A DNA stretch of 64,000 nt from IMG/VR virus record IMGVR_UViG_3300016674_000106; one strand, 5' to 3'. The DNA comes from a virus. The notes under the pieces were generated by a model. It saw nothing but the letters and a program-made list of their open reading frames with translations, did not search any database and was not told the origin of the DNA. The translations under genes were made by a program, and so were the position numbers. Below are positions 46,041 to 54,514 of the stretch, one piece after another; position 1 is the stretch's first letter, and the number at the start of each line of letters is the position of its first letter.

Positions 46041-47683
46041 TCTTTGACTCCTTCTTCAAGTGACCGCAGTGCATCGTCATCTGGGTCTTCGATATTAACT
46101 TCGTCAACTGACGTAACATCTTCGATATCAAACAGCGATGTAAACGTGTTTTGTGCGTTTCCGCCTCTAAGGCGAGCACCATCAAGACTACGTAAAAACG
46201 GCGATGCTTGCTCGATCATTGCAAATGCATCTTCTTTAGTGGTAGTCTCAAACAGCTCTTCCACGAACCGATCAAAATACAGAATATTACGAGGAACCCA
46301 ATCGCTATATTCGTCGCTGCCGGCTTGTTTAGCATTTAGCTTTCTCCAGTGACGCCAATCAGGCCGACCGTTAGGCTTTGCACGCTCAATGTCGACTAAG
46401 TTGTTTGCTCGTTGAACGGCCACGATGTGACAATAAACATTGTGCGCCATCATTAGTGCATATGCAAAACTATCCCAGCTTGTTCTTCCGATTTTGTTGA
46501 TCTTGTTCATCTTAGGAACAACCGTGTAATGCTCAGGATTTTCCGGATCAAACTTAATCTGTTTACCCGAGTCATCGACACCTAGTTCCGTATCAGTCTT
46601 TCGAACACCGGTATCATAGTAGCAAATGTCCCCTAGGGTCAATCGTCGGCCGATTTCGCTTTCGAATGGGAATGGGATGTCGCTTCCGGACAAGAGTTTG
46701 TTGTCTGGGGCTTTGTCCATAATAACGCTCCAACGCTTTGAAGTGTGTTGCGCGTTGGTGTAGACGAGGCCGTGCGCAGTTGCGATAAACGGTGAGGCGC
46801 AATCAAAAGATATGGTAAAGTTTTCATTAATGTGCTTTCTAATTTGACGTTGAATACTTGTTAAGTAACAGCTCCAGTCGAGTTGTGCAGTTCCTAGGAA
46901 GTGCATCCAATCTTTGCCTTTAAGTAGCCCATCTTCACGAAGAGTGATTAGTCGCTTTAGTGTAACGTCCATCTTACACATATTTGCGCCTCCCATTGCC
47001 CACCCTTCTGCGGCCTTATCGCCCCACACTGCAGGGTCGCTAAAGTCTTTTACCCCTTGATACCATTTTTCTGCAGTATCCCAGTCGCTACCTTGAAGAA
47101 CATTTAAGAACTTAGTTTGACCGAGACGATTTTTTAGAAAATATTCGTTGTTAAATCGAGTCTTGTCTAAGCAATCATCAAACGTTTTTAGACCAGTTTT
47201 TGGACTATGAATGTGATCGCACGCCCATGTAGGAACGTCGAGCATCATGGACCAATCTGCGGTTAATTCGAGCCATTCTAAAATCTGCTGACGAGTTTTG
47301 TTAGCTTCCGGACCTTCAAAGTTGAGCCAATCAAACTTTAGAACTCCTTTACCGATCTGATATCCACCAGAGTCGCCGAGGATCATTGTGTTTTCTCGAT
47401 CGCGCTGTTGAATCATCGATTCTTGGGTTAAGCTCTTGTTTAAGTCTAATTGTGCATGCCCTGCAGAATATAGACCGTACTTGTATGTAAAGTATCCTTC
47501 CTCGGCGTTTAAGAAATTCATGCCTTCGATGCCTCTATCAAAATCTGCAGGAATCCGATCTAAAGGCACAAATTCTTCTAATCGTTGTTTCGAAATATAA
47601 GTCCCGTAAAACGAACTAATGGCCGGAAGATACACAGCATAGTCTCGTTGTCCTGGGGTCAAGTTAACTGGTGGTTTTTTCAT
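46037..47683 (-). CDS. TGT-fold (DpdA-like) 7-deazaguanine transglycosylase
   Basis: TGT motifs in order: ILGDSGGYQ, MLDVP, VLQG, GWAMGG, HFLG, SFDCASP, HN. Confidence 0.8.
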   Translation of the reverse strand: MKKPPVNLTPGQRDYAVYLPAISSFYGTYISKQRLEEFVPLDRIPADFDRGIEGMNFLNAEEGYFTYKYGLYSAGHAQLDLNKSLTQESMIQQRDRENTMILGDSGGYQIGKGVLKFDWLNFEGPEANKTRQQILEWLELTADWSMMLDVPTWACDHIHSPKTGLKTFDDCLDKTRFNNEYFLKNRLGQTKFLNVLQGSDWDTAEKWYQGVKDFSDPAVWGDKAAEGWAMGGANMCKMDVTLKRLITLREDGLLKGKDWMHFLGTAQLDWSCYLTSIQRQIRKHINENFTISFDCASPFIATAHGLVYTNAQHTSKRWSVIMDKAPDNKLLSGSDIPFPFESEIGRRLTLGDICYYDTGVRKTDTELGVDDSGKQIKFDPENPEHYTVVPKMNKINKIGRTSWDSFAYALMMAHNVYCHIVAVQRANNLVDIERAKPNGRPDWRHWRKLNAKQAGSDEYSDWVPRNILYFDRFVEELFETTTKEDAFAMIEQASPFLRSLDGARLRGGNAQNTFTSLFDIEDVTSVDEVNIEDPDDDALRSLEEGVKE

Positions 47684-47915
47684 TGTTTGCTAGTATTATT
47701 GTTATTTTTAGGTGCTCTTTTGCTTTATTGAAGTTGTCTAATGCTGCCTGTACGGCAGCATTAGAATTCGCTAAGTTACGCATGTTAGCTTCTTCATGCA
47801 TTTTTTGTCTTGCCCATGACAAGATTGCAGATACCTCCGGCGTTAATCCGATACCGATCGCGTTGTCAGACGAATACACAACTAATTCAGGAGACATGCT
47901 GTTGCATGTGATCAT
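47664..47915 (-). CDS. Small hypothetical protein
   Basis: 83-aa ORF coupled to the clamp and TGT-like genes. Confidence 0.5.
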   Translation of the reverse strand: MITCNSMSPELVVYSSDNAIGIGLTPEVSAILSWARQKMHEEANMRNLANSNAAVQAALDNFNKAKEHLKITIILANNEKTTS

Positions 47916-48649
47916 TATGCTTGTGCCGGAATAATATATTTGTAAACAGCAAGGCCGCTATCGAGCGTGATCATAAGCGCACCGCTGTCAGAAATGCTAA
48001 GCTTAGAGTTATTGCCATCTGCAATCTTTAGAATGCTTAGAATTGCGCTCACAGGCCACGAGAACCGCTTAGATAAGTTACCGGTTACATTAGCAGCGAA
48101 TACAAACTCACCACCATGAGATGCTTGATCCCCGAAAATAAACTTCAGTGCGTTGTCTTCGGTCTTAGCGATAAAGGTAGTGTGTTCGGTGTTTGCACCT
48201 GCTTGAAATTGGAATCGTTGAATTGCTTGAATGCTAGGTTCAACTTCGACGTCCCAGTTAACTCCGCGGAACTTTACGGTCTTTAACTTATCATTGATGA
48301 TTTCGGTATTCATAAACCGATAGTCATTTTTAAAATCGCCGTCTGCATTTTCGAAGTGAATGCCAGTGGGCACTTCTTCGCCATTACGACTTGCGGTAAT
48401 GAGTTCAATCTTAGCGCCCGCTCTGTACTCCGAGCCGTCAACAAGATACTTCAACTTGTTAAGTTGCGGCATGCCGAACACGCCTTTAAGTTCTGGGTAC
48501 GGGGTAGCGGTTTCGGCGTACATAATCACCGTTCTGTCATCGGCCATAGAGTCGATTTTGGTAGACTCATCAGTTCCAGTAACTTTTACAATGTTTAAAA
48601 AGCCTAGGTTATGGGTGTGATAAACGATGTCTTGTAAGATTTCTTTCAT
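47915..48649 (-). CDS. Probable sliding clamp (gp45/PCNA-like)
   Basis: 244 aa, directly downstream of the polymerase, beta-rich two-domain pattern, C-terminal Y.YIIPA. Confidence 0.6.
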   Translation of the reverse strand: MKEILQDIVYHTHNLGFLNIVKVTGTDESTKIDSMADDRTVIMYAETATPYPELKGVFGMPQLNKLKYLVDGSEYRAGAKIELITASRNGEEVPTGIHFENADGDFKNDYRFMNTEIINDKLKTVKFRGVNWDVEVEPSIQAIQRFQFQAGANTEHTTFIAKTEDNALKFIFGDQASHGGEFVFAANVTGNLSKRFSWPVSAILSILKIADGNNSKLSISDSGALMITLDSGLAVYKYIIPAQA

Positions 48650-48673
48650 AGTATTTTCCTTGTTATAGTGTAT

Positions 48674-48702
48674 ATTTTATTTAGATTTTGTTGTTTAGTC
48701 AA
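48674..48702 (-). promoter_or_regulatory. sigma70 promoter for the clamp/TGT operon
   Basis: TTGACT (48702-48697), 17 nt, TAAAAT (48679-48674). Confidence 0.65.
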
Positions 48703-48709
48703 GAACTTT

Positions 48710-51379
48710 TTAATCAAAACTGAAAAGATTGTTGAACGTGTTGTCTTCGGTTGTAGACATCAGATCCCAGTCAAGGACTCCGATTAGGTTCTCAAGTTTA
48801 TTGTTGATAATTACGGACTCCATTTCGCTGTGGTCGAACGGTAATTCTTGAAACCACTTAGGCAATCGAAGTTCGTCGACGGGGTATGCAACTGACGTAA
48901 ACCCGATAGGGTTTTCTTTTAGCTTGCATACGATTACTTTCATGCCGTCAACAATCGGTTGGCTATACTTGTCCCCGTTCATGCGTCGCAGCGTGTTCCA
49001 ATTAATGCTTGCGCGCACATGTCCTGGCATAGTCGTTTTGCCATTCTTTTCTTCTTTAGCTTGGTACTCAGTAATGTTATTGGCCCGCTTCGGAGAACCT
49101 TTTTCCCAACCCGGCCTGGCCTTGAATAAAGTTCGAAATTCTTTAATCATTTCGAGGACTTCGGTCTCGCCGGCACCGTGTAGGACTTTATTTAGAACAT
49201 CGCTTAAGAAGTTCTGCATATATTCAGGCGTATCGCTGCGCTTTAGATCGAGCCCCATTGCCTTAATCTTTCCGTCTTTACCATTAACATCTTGACGCTT
49301 CCCGTCTTTGTCGTAATAAAGTACAGCATACCGTTTTTTGGTAATAAACAAGCCTTTAGAAGCTACGATTTCTCGCCCTGCTTTGATAACGGATCCGCGA
49401 CTCTTTGGACAATGAAATTTGTCTAACATCATCTGAGGGAAAGTGCTATTCACTTCTTCAGAGATGTTATCGTACAGATGGATTACAGTATCTTTATCCC
49501 ATTGAATAAGCCCTTTACTGATGTCATTCTTTAAGATAGGATACGCACTGAAATATGCAGAGTCAGTGTCACCGTAAATAATACTTTTACCCACATGATC
49601 GTACTCTCCGGTTATAAGTTCATTAACCTTTGCGGCCATATGCTTAGCAACTTGCCGGCCAGTGAGAGTTGTTGATTGTCCGATTCTGTTATCAAAGAAT
49701 CTGCATCCCGCGTTAAGAATTGCACCGTATAGCGAGTTTAGGTTAATCTTTTTAACTAGCTGTCGTTTGTCCCAGTACTCTTCTTCGATTGCATTTCCGG
49801 CTTCGATTGCTGCCTTTAACTTAGCCTGCATTTCTTTACGCTCTGAATACCATCGCTTTAGCAGACCAGGTATAATTCCTTCTTTTTCGTATGTAAAGAT
49901 TGTACCGTTGGCACTAATGGTCCATGGCTGGTTACTCTCGAATAACATTTCATAAATCTGAGCGCCCGACATTACGTCAGTTTGACCATTCTCCCAGTCA
50001 ATGATGATATCGTGAGTGCGATCCTTTGCCATTACAAACTCGTATTCGTTAGAACCGAATTTGCCTTCCCATGCTCCTGCAAAACTTGACCCTTTGGCCA
50101 TTTTTGCTTCGATTTCGGCCTTTGTGTATTCGGGTCTGAGCTGCCCGACAATGGTTTCTGGCCCCATGTTCAACGCGCGAATCGCAGAAGGATACAGAGA
50201 GTTAATGTCCATTGATCCGATCCAGTCGTGCAGCCCTTTCTTTGGATATGCAACATATGCACCCGCGGCCTGCGTATCTCCTTGTTCGCCTTTTCGTTGA
50301 CGACTTGGAACAATTAAACCGTGACTATGAGCTTCGTTAATAATAGCCTGCTCTGTAACGGCAACAGCTCCCATAATAGTCGGAAGAAGAACAGTGTTCT
50401 CGTGGGCAAGTGTGTTTGCAAGATCTAAGAACTTCAGCTTCTTATCTAGTCGATCCAACAGTGCTGTATCTTGCCGGTTGTATTCGATGAACTTTTTAAA
50501 ATCTCGATTGTAAAGCTGATCCAGCGTGCCTTCGTATTGAGTCTTTCTTTCACCGAGCTCGTAAAATGCAATAGCATCTAACGAATAACTATGCCGTTCT
50601 TCGTATGTGTATTTTCGATACAGTTCTAAGCTGTCCATGTGCACACGACCAACAAAGTCGTATGTAATTGCCGTTTTTCCGTACTTTTCGTACTCTCTCT
50701 TTTTCGGAAGCTGATTCCACAGGCAAAACCGCCGAGTATCATCTTTACTTAGAGTTTTTGTAACGCGATTAACAGTATACGGGATATCGAAACCTTCGCT
50801 GTTCCAGCCGCTTAATACATCAGCATCTTCGATAAGAGTTAAAAATGTATCTAACATCTCATACTCTGTTTCGAACAGGATAGTGTTAGGGAACTCTTTA
50901 ATTTCTTCTTGGGCCTGCTCCATTGTGAGCGTTTTTGGCGGAACTGCTAGACACACTAGAGTATCTAGCCATTGCATATGCACCGCAATCGAAGTAATCG
51001 GCATAAACGCATCCTCCGGCGATGCGTATCCGCGCTCTGGGTCAAAGTCAACTTCGATATCGAAAAACGCCACATTTAGTTTAGGCGCTTCTTTTCCAAG
51101 GTAACACTCTTCGAGCGCTCGGAACACCGGATTAATATCGCTTTCGAAGAGTTTTTTGCCAGAATGAATTCGTTGCTCTTTTGCGAACTCTTTCCAGCTT
51201 CGGCAACTAACCTTTGTAAGATTGTCGCCAAAAATGCTTTTATATTTTCCTTTCGGATCCGGATAATAGAACATATACCTTGCAGGTATATCTTGGTATA
51301 CGCGTTTTTGATCGGTGTTTCTTTCTACAACCCGTATAATATCGTCATCTCTTAACCAAATTGCATCTACGTAACTCAT
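48710..51379 (-). CDS. Family B DNA polymerase (gp43-like)
   Basis: Exonuclease FFDIEVD, GWNS..FDIPY, YN..D; polymerase DINSLYPS, K...NSLYG, YGDTDS, KKRY. Confidence 0.97.
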   Translation of the reverse strand: MSYVDAIWLRDDDIIRVVERNTDQKRVYQDIPARYMFYYPDPKGKYKSIFGDNLTKVSCRSWKEFAKEQRIHSGKKLFESDINPVFRALEECYLGKEAPKLNVAFFDIEVDFDPERGYASPEDAFMPITSIAVHMQWLDTLVCLAVPPKTLTMEQAQEEIKEFPNTILFETEYEMLDTFLTLIEDADVLSGWNSEGFDIPYTVNRVTKTLSKDDTRRFCLWNQLPKKREYEKYGKTAITYDFVGRVHMDSLELYRKYTYEERHSYSLDAIAFYELGERKTQYEGTLDQLYNRDFKKFIEYNRQDTALLDRLDKKLKFLDLANTLAHENTVLLPTIMGAVAVTEQAIINEAHSHGLIVPSRQRKGEQGDTQAAGAYVAYPKKGLHDWIGSMDINSLYPSAIRALNMGPETIVGQLRPEYTKAEIEAKMAKGSSFAGAWEGKFGSNEYEFVMAKDRTHDIIIDWENGQTDVMSGAQIYEMLFESNQPWTISANGTIFTYEKEGIIPGLLKRWYSERKEMQAKLKAAIEAGNAIEEEYWDKRQLVKKINLNSLYGAILNAGCRFFDNRIGQSTTLTGRQVAKHMAAKVNELITGEYDHVGKSIIYGDTDSAYFSAYPILKNDISKGLIQWDKDTVIHLYDNISEEVNSTFPQMMLDKFHCPKSRGSVIKAGREIVASKGLFITKKRYAVLYYDKDGKRQDVNGKDGKIKAMGLDLKRSDTPEYMQNFLSDVLNKVLHGAGETEVLEMIKEFRTLFKARPGWEKGSPKRANNITEYQAKEEKNGKTTMPGHVRASINWNTLRRMNGDKYSQPIVDGMKVIVCKLKENPIGFTSVAYPVDELRLPKWFQELPFDHSEMESVIINNKLENLIGVLDWDLMSTTEDNTFNNLFSFD

Positions 51380-51391
51380 TAAAGCCTTTCT

Positions 51392-51439
51392 GGTAATTTA
51401 TGGCTTACCTACCATCAAAAGTGTTGTTTATGGCCAACA
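51392..51439 (-). promoter_or_regulatory. Tandem hairpins with identical 8-nt loop in the polymerase leader (putative translational operator)
   Basis: mRNA: UGUUG-GCCAUAAA-CAACA and GGUAA-GCCAUAAA-UUACC directly before the AGAAAGG SD. Confidence 0.6.
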
Positions 51440-51444
51440 GAACC

Positions 51445-51741
51445 TTAAGCAAGAATTAGTCTAACTAACCCAACGCAATCGATAATAAACAAAATTGAAT
51501 AATTTGCTAGAAGACCGGTACTACCTCTTGTAAAAGCAGCCCACATCCATATAAGGCATCCAAACATCCATAGTGGATAGATGGTAAGAAGGGGCGGTGC
51601 GGGCACTGTTATCGCCATTGTTAGTGCGCAACCGATTGACAGTGCCCATGCAAACACTTCGGCAACAAATCTTACTGGATTAGCTCGATAATCTCTAGCC
51701 ATCCAGTTTATTACACCTCTTAATTTATAATGTAAACTCAC
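51445..51741 (-). CDS. Small membrane protein
   Basis: 98 aa, about three hydrophobic segments. Confidence 0.6.
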   Translation of the reverse strand: MSLHYKLRGVINWMARDYRANPVRFVAEVFAWALSIGCALTMAITVPAPPLLTIYPLWMFGCLIWMWAAFTRGSTGLLANYSILFIIDCVGLVRLILA

Positions 51742-52010
51742 TCGTCGTCCTTACGGTTAGCGTGGCCGCTGATATCAACAATTGTTTCGAGATCATCGAA
51801 TTCTCTAAACACTTGATCCCATCTGTCTTTCAACGCAATCTTAATAGCTCGTTTAATCACAGACGGTTTAACGTCTAGTTCTTCAGCAACTGCCTTGATA
51901 GTATCGTTAAGCCCTGCGTTTAGATCTTCAATTTCTTGCATTACCGTCACGCCTTCGGCGATAATTTGCTTGATTTTTGCCTGTTCAGGGGCACCATATG
52001 CTTTGCTCAT
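51738..52010 (-). CDS. T4 DsbA/GapR-like dsDNA-binding protein
   Basis: I..I..G...M.EI..L...L.D..K..AEEL.V....I.RAIKI pattern. Confidence 0.65.
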   Translation of the reverse strand: MSKAYGAPEQAKIKQIIAEGVTVMQEIEDLNAGLNDTIKAVAEELDVKPSVIKRAIKIALKDRWDQVFREFDDLETIVDISGHANRKDDE

Positions 52011-52031
52011 ACATATTCTCCTTAGTAATTT

Positions 52032-52061
52032 ATTGTATACAGATTAGATAGCAAGAGTCAA
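52032..52061 (-). promoter_or_regulatory. sigma70-type promoter
   Basis: TTGACT (52061-52056), 18 nt, TACAAT (52037-52032). Confidence 0.5.
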
Positions 52062-52090
52062 TATTTAATATACCGACTCATGCTGAGTGA

Positions 52091-52393
52091 TTATTTTCTT
52101 TTGAGGGCTTCGGCTAATACAGAGCCGAGATACGATAGGTAGGATTCGTTTTGTTTTTGTTTGCGTAATACTGGTTGATCGTGCAGGCTATGCCCGCCTT
52201 CCATTATTGCCATGTCTAAGGTAGAAAAACGGCGAGAGGCCTCGCCGAATTCGTTTTTCTTATGCTTTACTTCGCCGTTCTTTTGAGATTTCTTTTTGTC
52301 TTTATGTGCGCCAGCGCCGGATGTCTGTGCATTTTTAACAACAAAATTTCTCGGTTTCGATGGTGGTAGTGTTTTAGGTGTGTTTTTAGCCAT
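52091..52393 (-). CDS. Lys-rich hypothetical protein
   Basis: 100-aa basic ORF in the late cluster. Confidence 0.55.
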   Translation of the reverse strand: MAKNTPKTLPPSKPRNFVVKNAQTSGAGAHKDKKKSQKNGEVKHKKNEFGEASRRFSTLDMAIMEGGHSLHDQPVLRKQKQNESYLSYLGSVLAEALKRK

Positions 52394-52395
52394 AA

Positions 52396-53943
52396 TTACC
52401 TCTTAATAGCAGGTCCTCCGAAGATACTAGTGCCTTTCATGTTTAATGCGTTGTCTGTTGGTTTTTGTGATTTTGGTTTTGGTTGTGCCGGTGCCTTAGT
52501 TCCGCTTTTACCCGGAGAACCAGTGTATGATTTCTTACCTCTTGCTGCGCCCGGACTTACATGAGGGTTCGGAACCGTAGCGATATTTCCGCTCGATGTT
52601 GCACCTACTGTTGCCGATTCGTTATTAATTTTTACCAAATTTTTGTGAGCCAGTGCAGCGTCGAACATCGTTTCTTCGTCTTTGCCTCTAACGAGATACT
52701 TAGCTTTTCCTTGGCGCTTATCGTAGTATCTTTTTAGAACAACATAAGTTTTTCCTCTTTCTGGGGAGAAAATGATATCGTCTTTGTCCCACTTCCACTG
52801 GCCGGGGTTTGATGCAGATTGTATTGCCACGTCAGCATGCTTTTGCGCAACACCACTCTTAACTTGGTTTGATAAATTTTTTCTAAAATCGTCCAATGAC
52901 TCCGACAGCTTGATGTTTCTTTTCTTTAGTTCTAGTTCTAACGCCTGAAGTTTGTTCGGACTTCTTGCAATAGCGTTTCTCACATCACCTGCTACGTCTT
53001 TTGGTAGTCGCATTAATACTTGATTAATAATTGCTTCTACCTGCTGGTTTTGCTGAGCCGCAGCAGACATTTTGCTCTTCTCTCGCTTATCGTGTGCAGC
53101 AATTCTCGGATCGACGGTCGGTTCATCATCGTCATCGATTTCTCCGTATTCTGCCTCGAGGCTGACAATAAGAGCGCGGTACGCGGCTCGATCCGTAATC
53201 CACTTATTAGCATTTGTTATCATTAGTCTATGCTTGAAGTGTGTGCCTGCTTTTACTAATAGTTCCGGAAGGAACCTAGATATGTCTGAGAAACTTCTAA
53301 AATTTTTCGACAGATACTCTTTAATTTCTTTAGATGCGCCTGGCGCAAACTTTATAAGGTCATATAACTCTTTTTGAATCTTATTGAAGTAAAAGGTATC
53401 ATACCATCTGGAGGTATATCCTCCAGATACTAGTCCCCACTTTTCTAGATCACCGTGATGGGCAGCAGCATACTTTCTTAATTGAAAAGAGAGAGTGTCG
53501 TATAGTGCGGCAACTGGATCACCGATGTCGGTCGCAATAGCATCTAACGTTGTTTTTAAGCTAACACTTTCAGATAGAGTGGCTCTGTTTGGTACCGGAC
53601 TTGTTTTATGAACGTAATCAGGTTCTTTACTTTTATGTCTCTTATCTGCAATCTTGCCGTCAGTGGGTACAGTTTTCATCGCCGACTGAATCATTTTATA
53701 TTCTTCATCGGTATACGGCTGAGCGGTATTATATTTTTCGTACCAACTTGCTGAGTCCATGTCAACGGGCTTAGTTGACTTTCCATCGGCCATTCCGGCA
53801 GCCATCATAATTCTGTTAAGATGATAAGTTCTATCGTACCCGCCAGTGTCTCGCATTTTAATTGCGCCTTGAGACACTGTCTTGTGTGATTTTCTTATTT
53901 TTCCAGCGGGCTTTGACTCGCCGAGTATATCGTTGATTCGCAT
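52396..53943 (-). CDS. Putative head-internal modular protein
   Basis: 515 aa; starts MRINDILGES; modules separated by LSES/NNES; late box upstream. Confidence 0.5.
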   Translation of the reverse strand: MRINDILGESKPAGKIRKSHKTVSQGAIKMRDTGGYDRTYHLNRIMMAAGMADGKSTKPVDMDSASWYEKYNTAQPYTDEEYKMIQSAMKTVPTDGKIADKRHKSKEPDYVHKTSPVPNRATLSESVSLKTTLDAIATDIGDPVAALYDTLSFQLRKYAAAHHGDLEKWGLVSGGYTSRWYDTFYFNKIQKELYDLIKFAPGASKEIKEYLSKNFRSFSDISRFLPELLVKAGTHFKHRLMITNANKWITDRAAYRALIVSLEAEYGEIDDDDEPTVDPRIAAHDKREKSKMSAAAQQNQQVEAIINQVLMRLPKDVAGDVRNAIARSPNKLQALELELKKRNIKLSESLDDFRKNLSNQVKSGVAQKHADVAIQSASNPGQWKWDKDDIIFSPERGKTYVVLKRYYDKRQGKAKYLVRGKDEETMFDAALAHKNLVKINNESATVGATSSGNIATVPNPHVSPGAARGKKSYTGSPGKSGTKAPAQPKPKSQKPTDNALNMKGTSIFGGPAIKR

Positions 53944-53971
53944 GAGTAATCCTTAAAATACATGTTTTATG

Positions 53972-53979
53972 TATTTATC
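53972..53979 (-). promoter_or_regulatory. Late promoter-like GATAAATA
   Basis: 28 nt upstream of the ATG at 53943. Confidence 0.55.
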
Positions 53980-54514
53980 GGATTGATAAACCTTTTTTAA
54001 CTTCGTTAAAAAGCTCAGTTGAAAATTCGTTAAAATTAGTCAGTGTACAAAATTTATCAAAATTATTCTCTGCTACTGCCTGCCTAATTTCGGTTGATCG
54101 AATTGCCGGACTGCTGAATTCTACAAATTCAAAATCTAAATCATAAAATCCGTGAGCCGACATACAACCGTTATATTTTAACAGTAGTTCTTTAAACCCG
54201 CTAATTCTATCAGTTCCGGCAATAAATGTCGCTCGTTTGAATCCATGTTGATGCAGCCTTGCTGCGGCCTTGAGCACAGTATTAATTGTTCGGTCTGTGT
54301 TAACTCCTGATGCAATTTCAGGGAACATTCTTTTTATTAAATCGACCTTTGTTTCGAATTCAATTGGGTTAGTTTTCTTGTCCCAAGACGGACTTGCAAA
54401 TATTCTAAAATTAGAGCCGTGACTCATTACCTCTTGCATTAGTAAGCGGTGACCGTAATGCGGCGGCTGAAACCTTCCGAAACAAAAGCTAACATGTTTT
54501 GGATCAATAATCAT
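53975..54514 (-). CDS. HxGH (cytidylyl/adenylyl-transferase-like) nucleotidyltransferase
   Basis: FGRFQPPHYGH, FIAGTDR, IRSTEIR; start at 54514 from the ATGA overlap. Confidence 0.8.
   Translation of the reverse strand: MIIDPKHVSFCFGRFQPPHYGHRLLMQEVMSHGSNFRIFASPSWDKKTNPIEFETKVDLIKRMFPEIASGVNTDRTINTVLKAAARLHQHGFKRATFIAGTDRISGFKELLLKYNGCMSAHGFYDLDFEFVEFSSPAIRSTEIRQAVAENNFDKFCTLTNFNEFSTELFNEVKKGLSIR

Noticed and set aside
48710-51379. Intein or intron in the polymerase
   Set aside because: 889 aa with all motifs at ordinary spacing and no Hint or endonuclease insertion.
53975-54514. NAD-reconstitution pathway (NARP1/NARP2)
   Set aside because: No Nampt, Adps or Namat partner is recognisable in the window, and the HxGH motif alone does not establish NMN adenylyltransferase activity.
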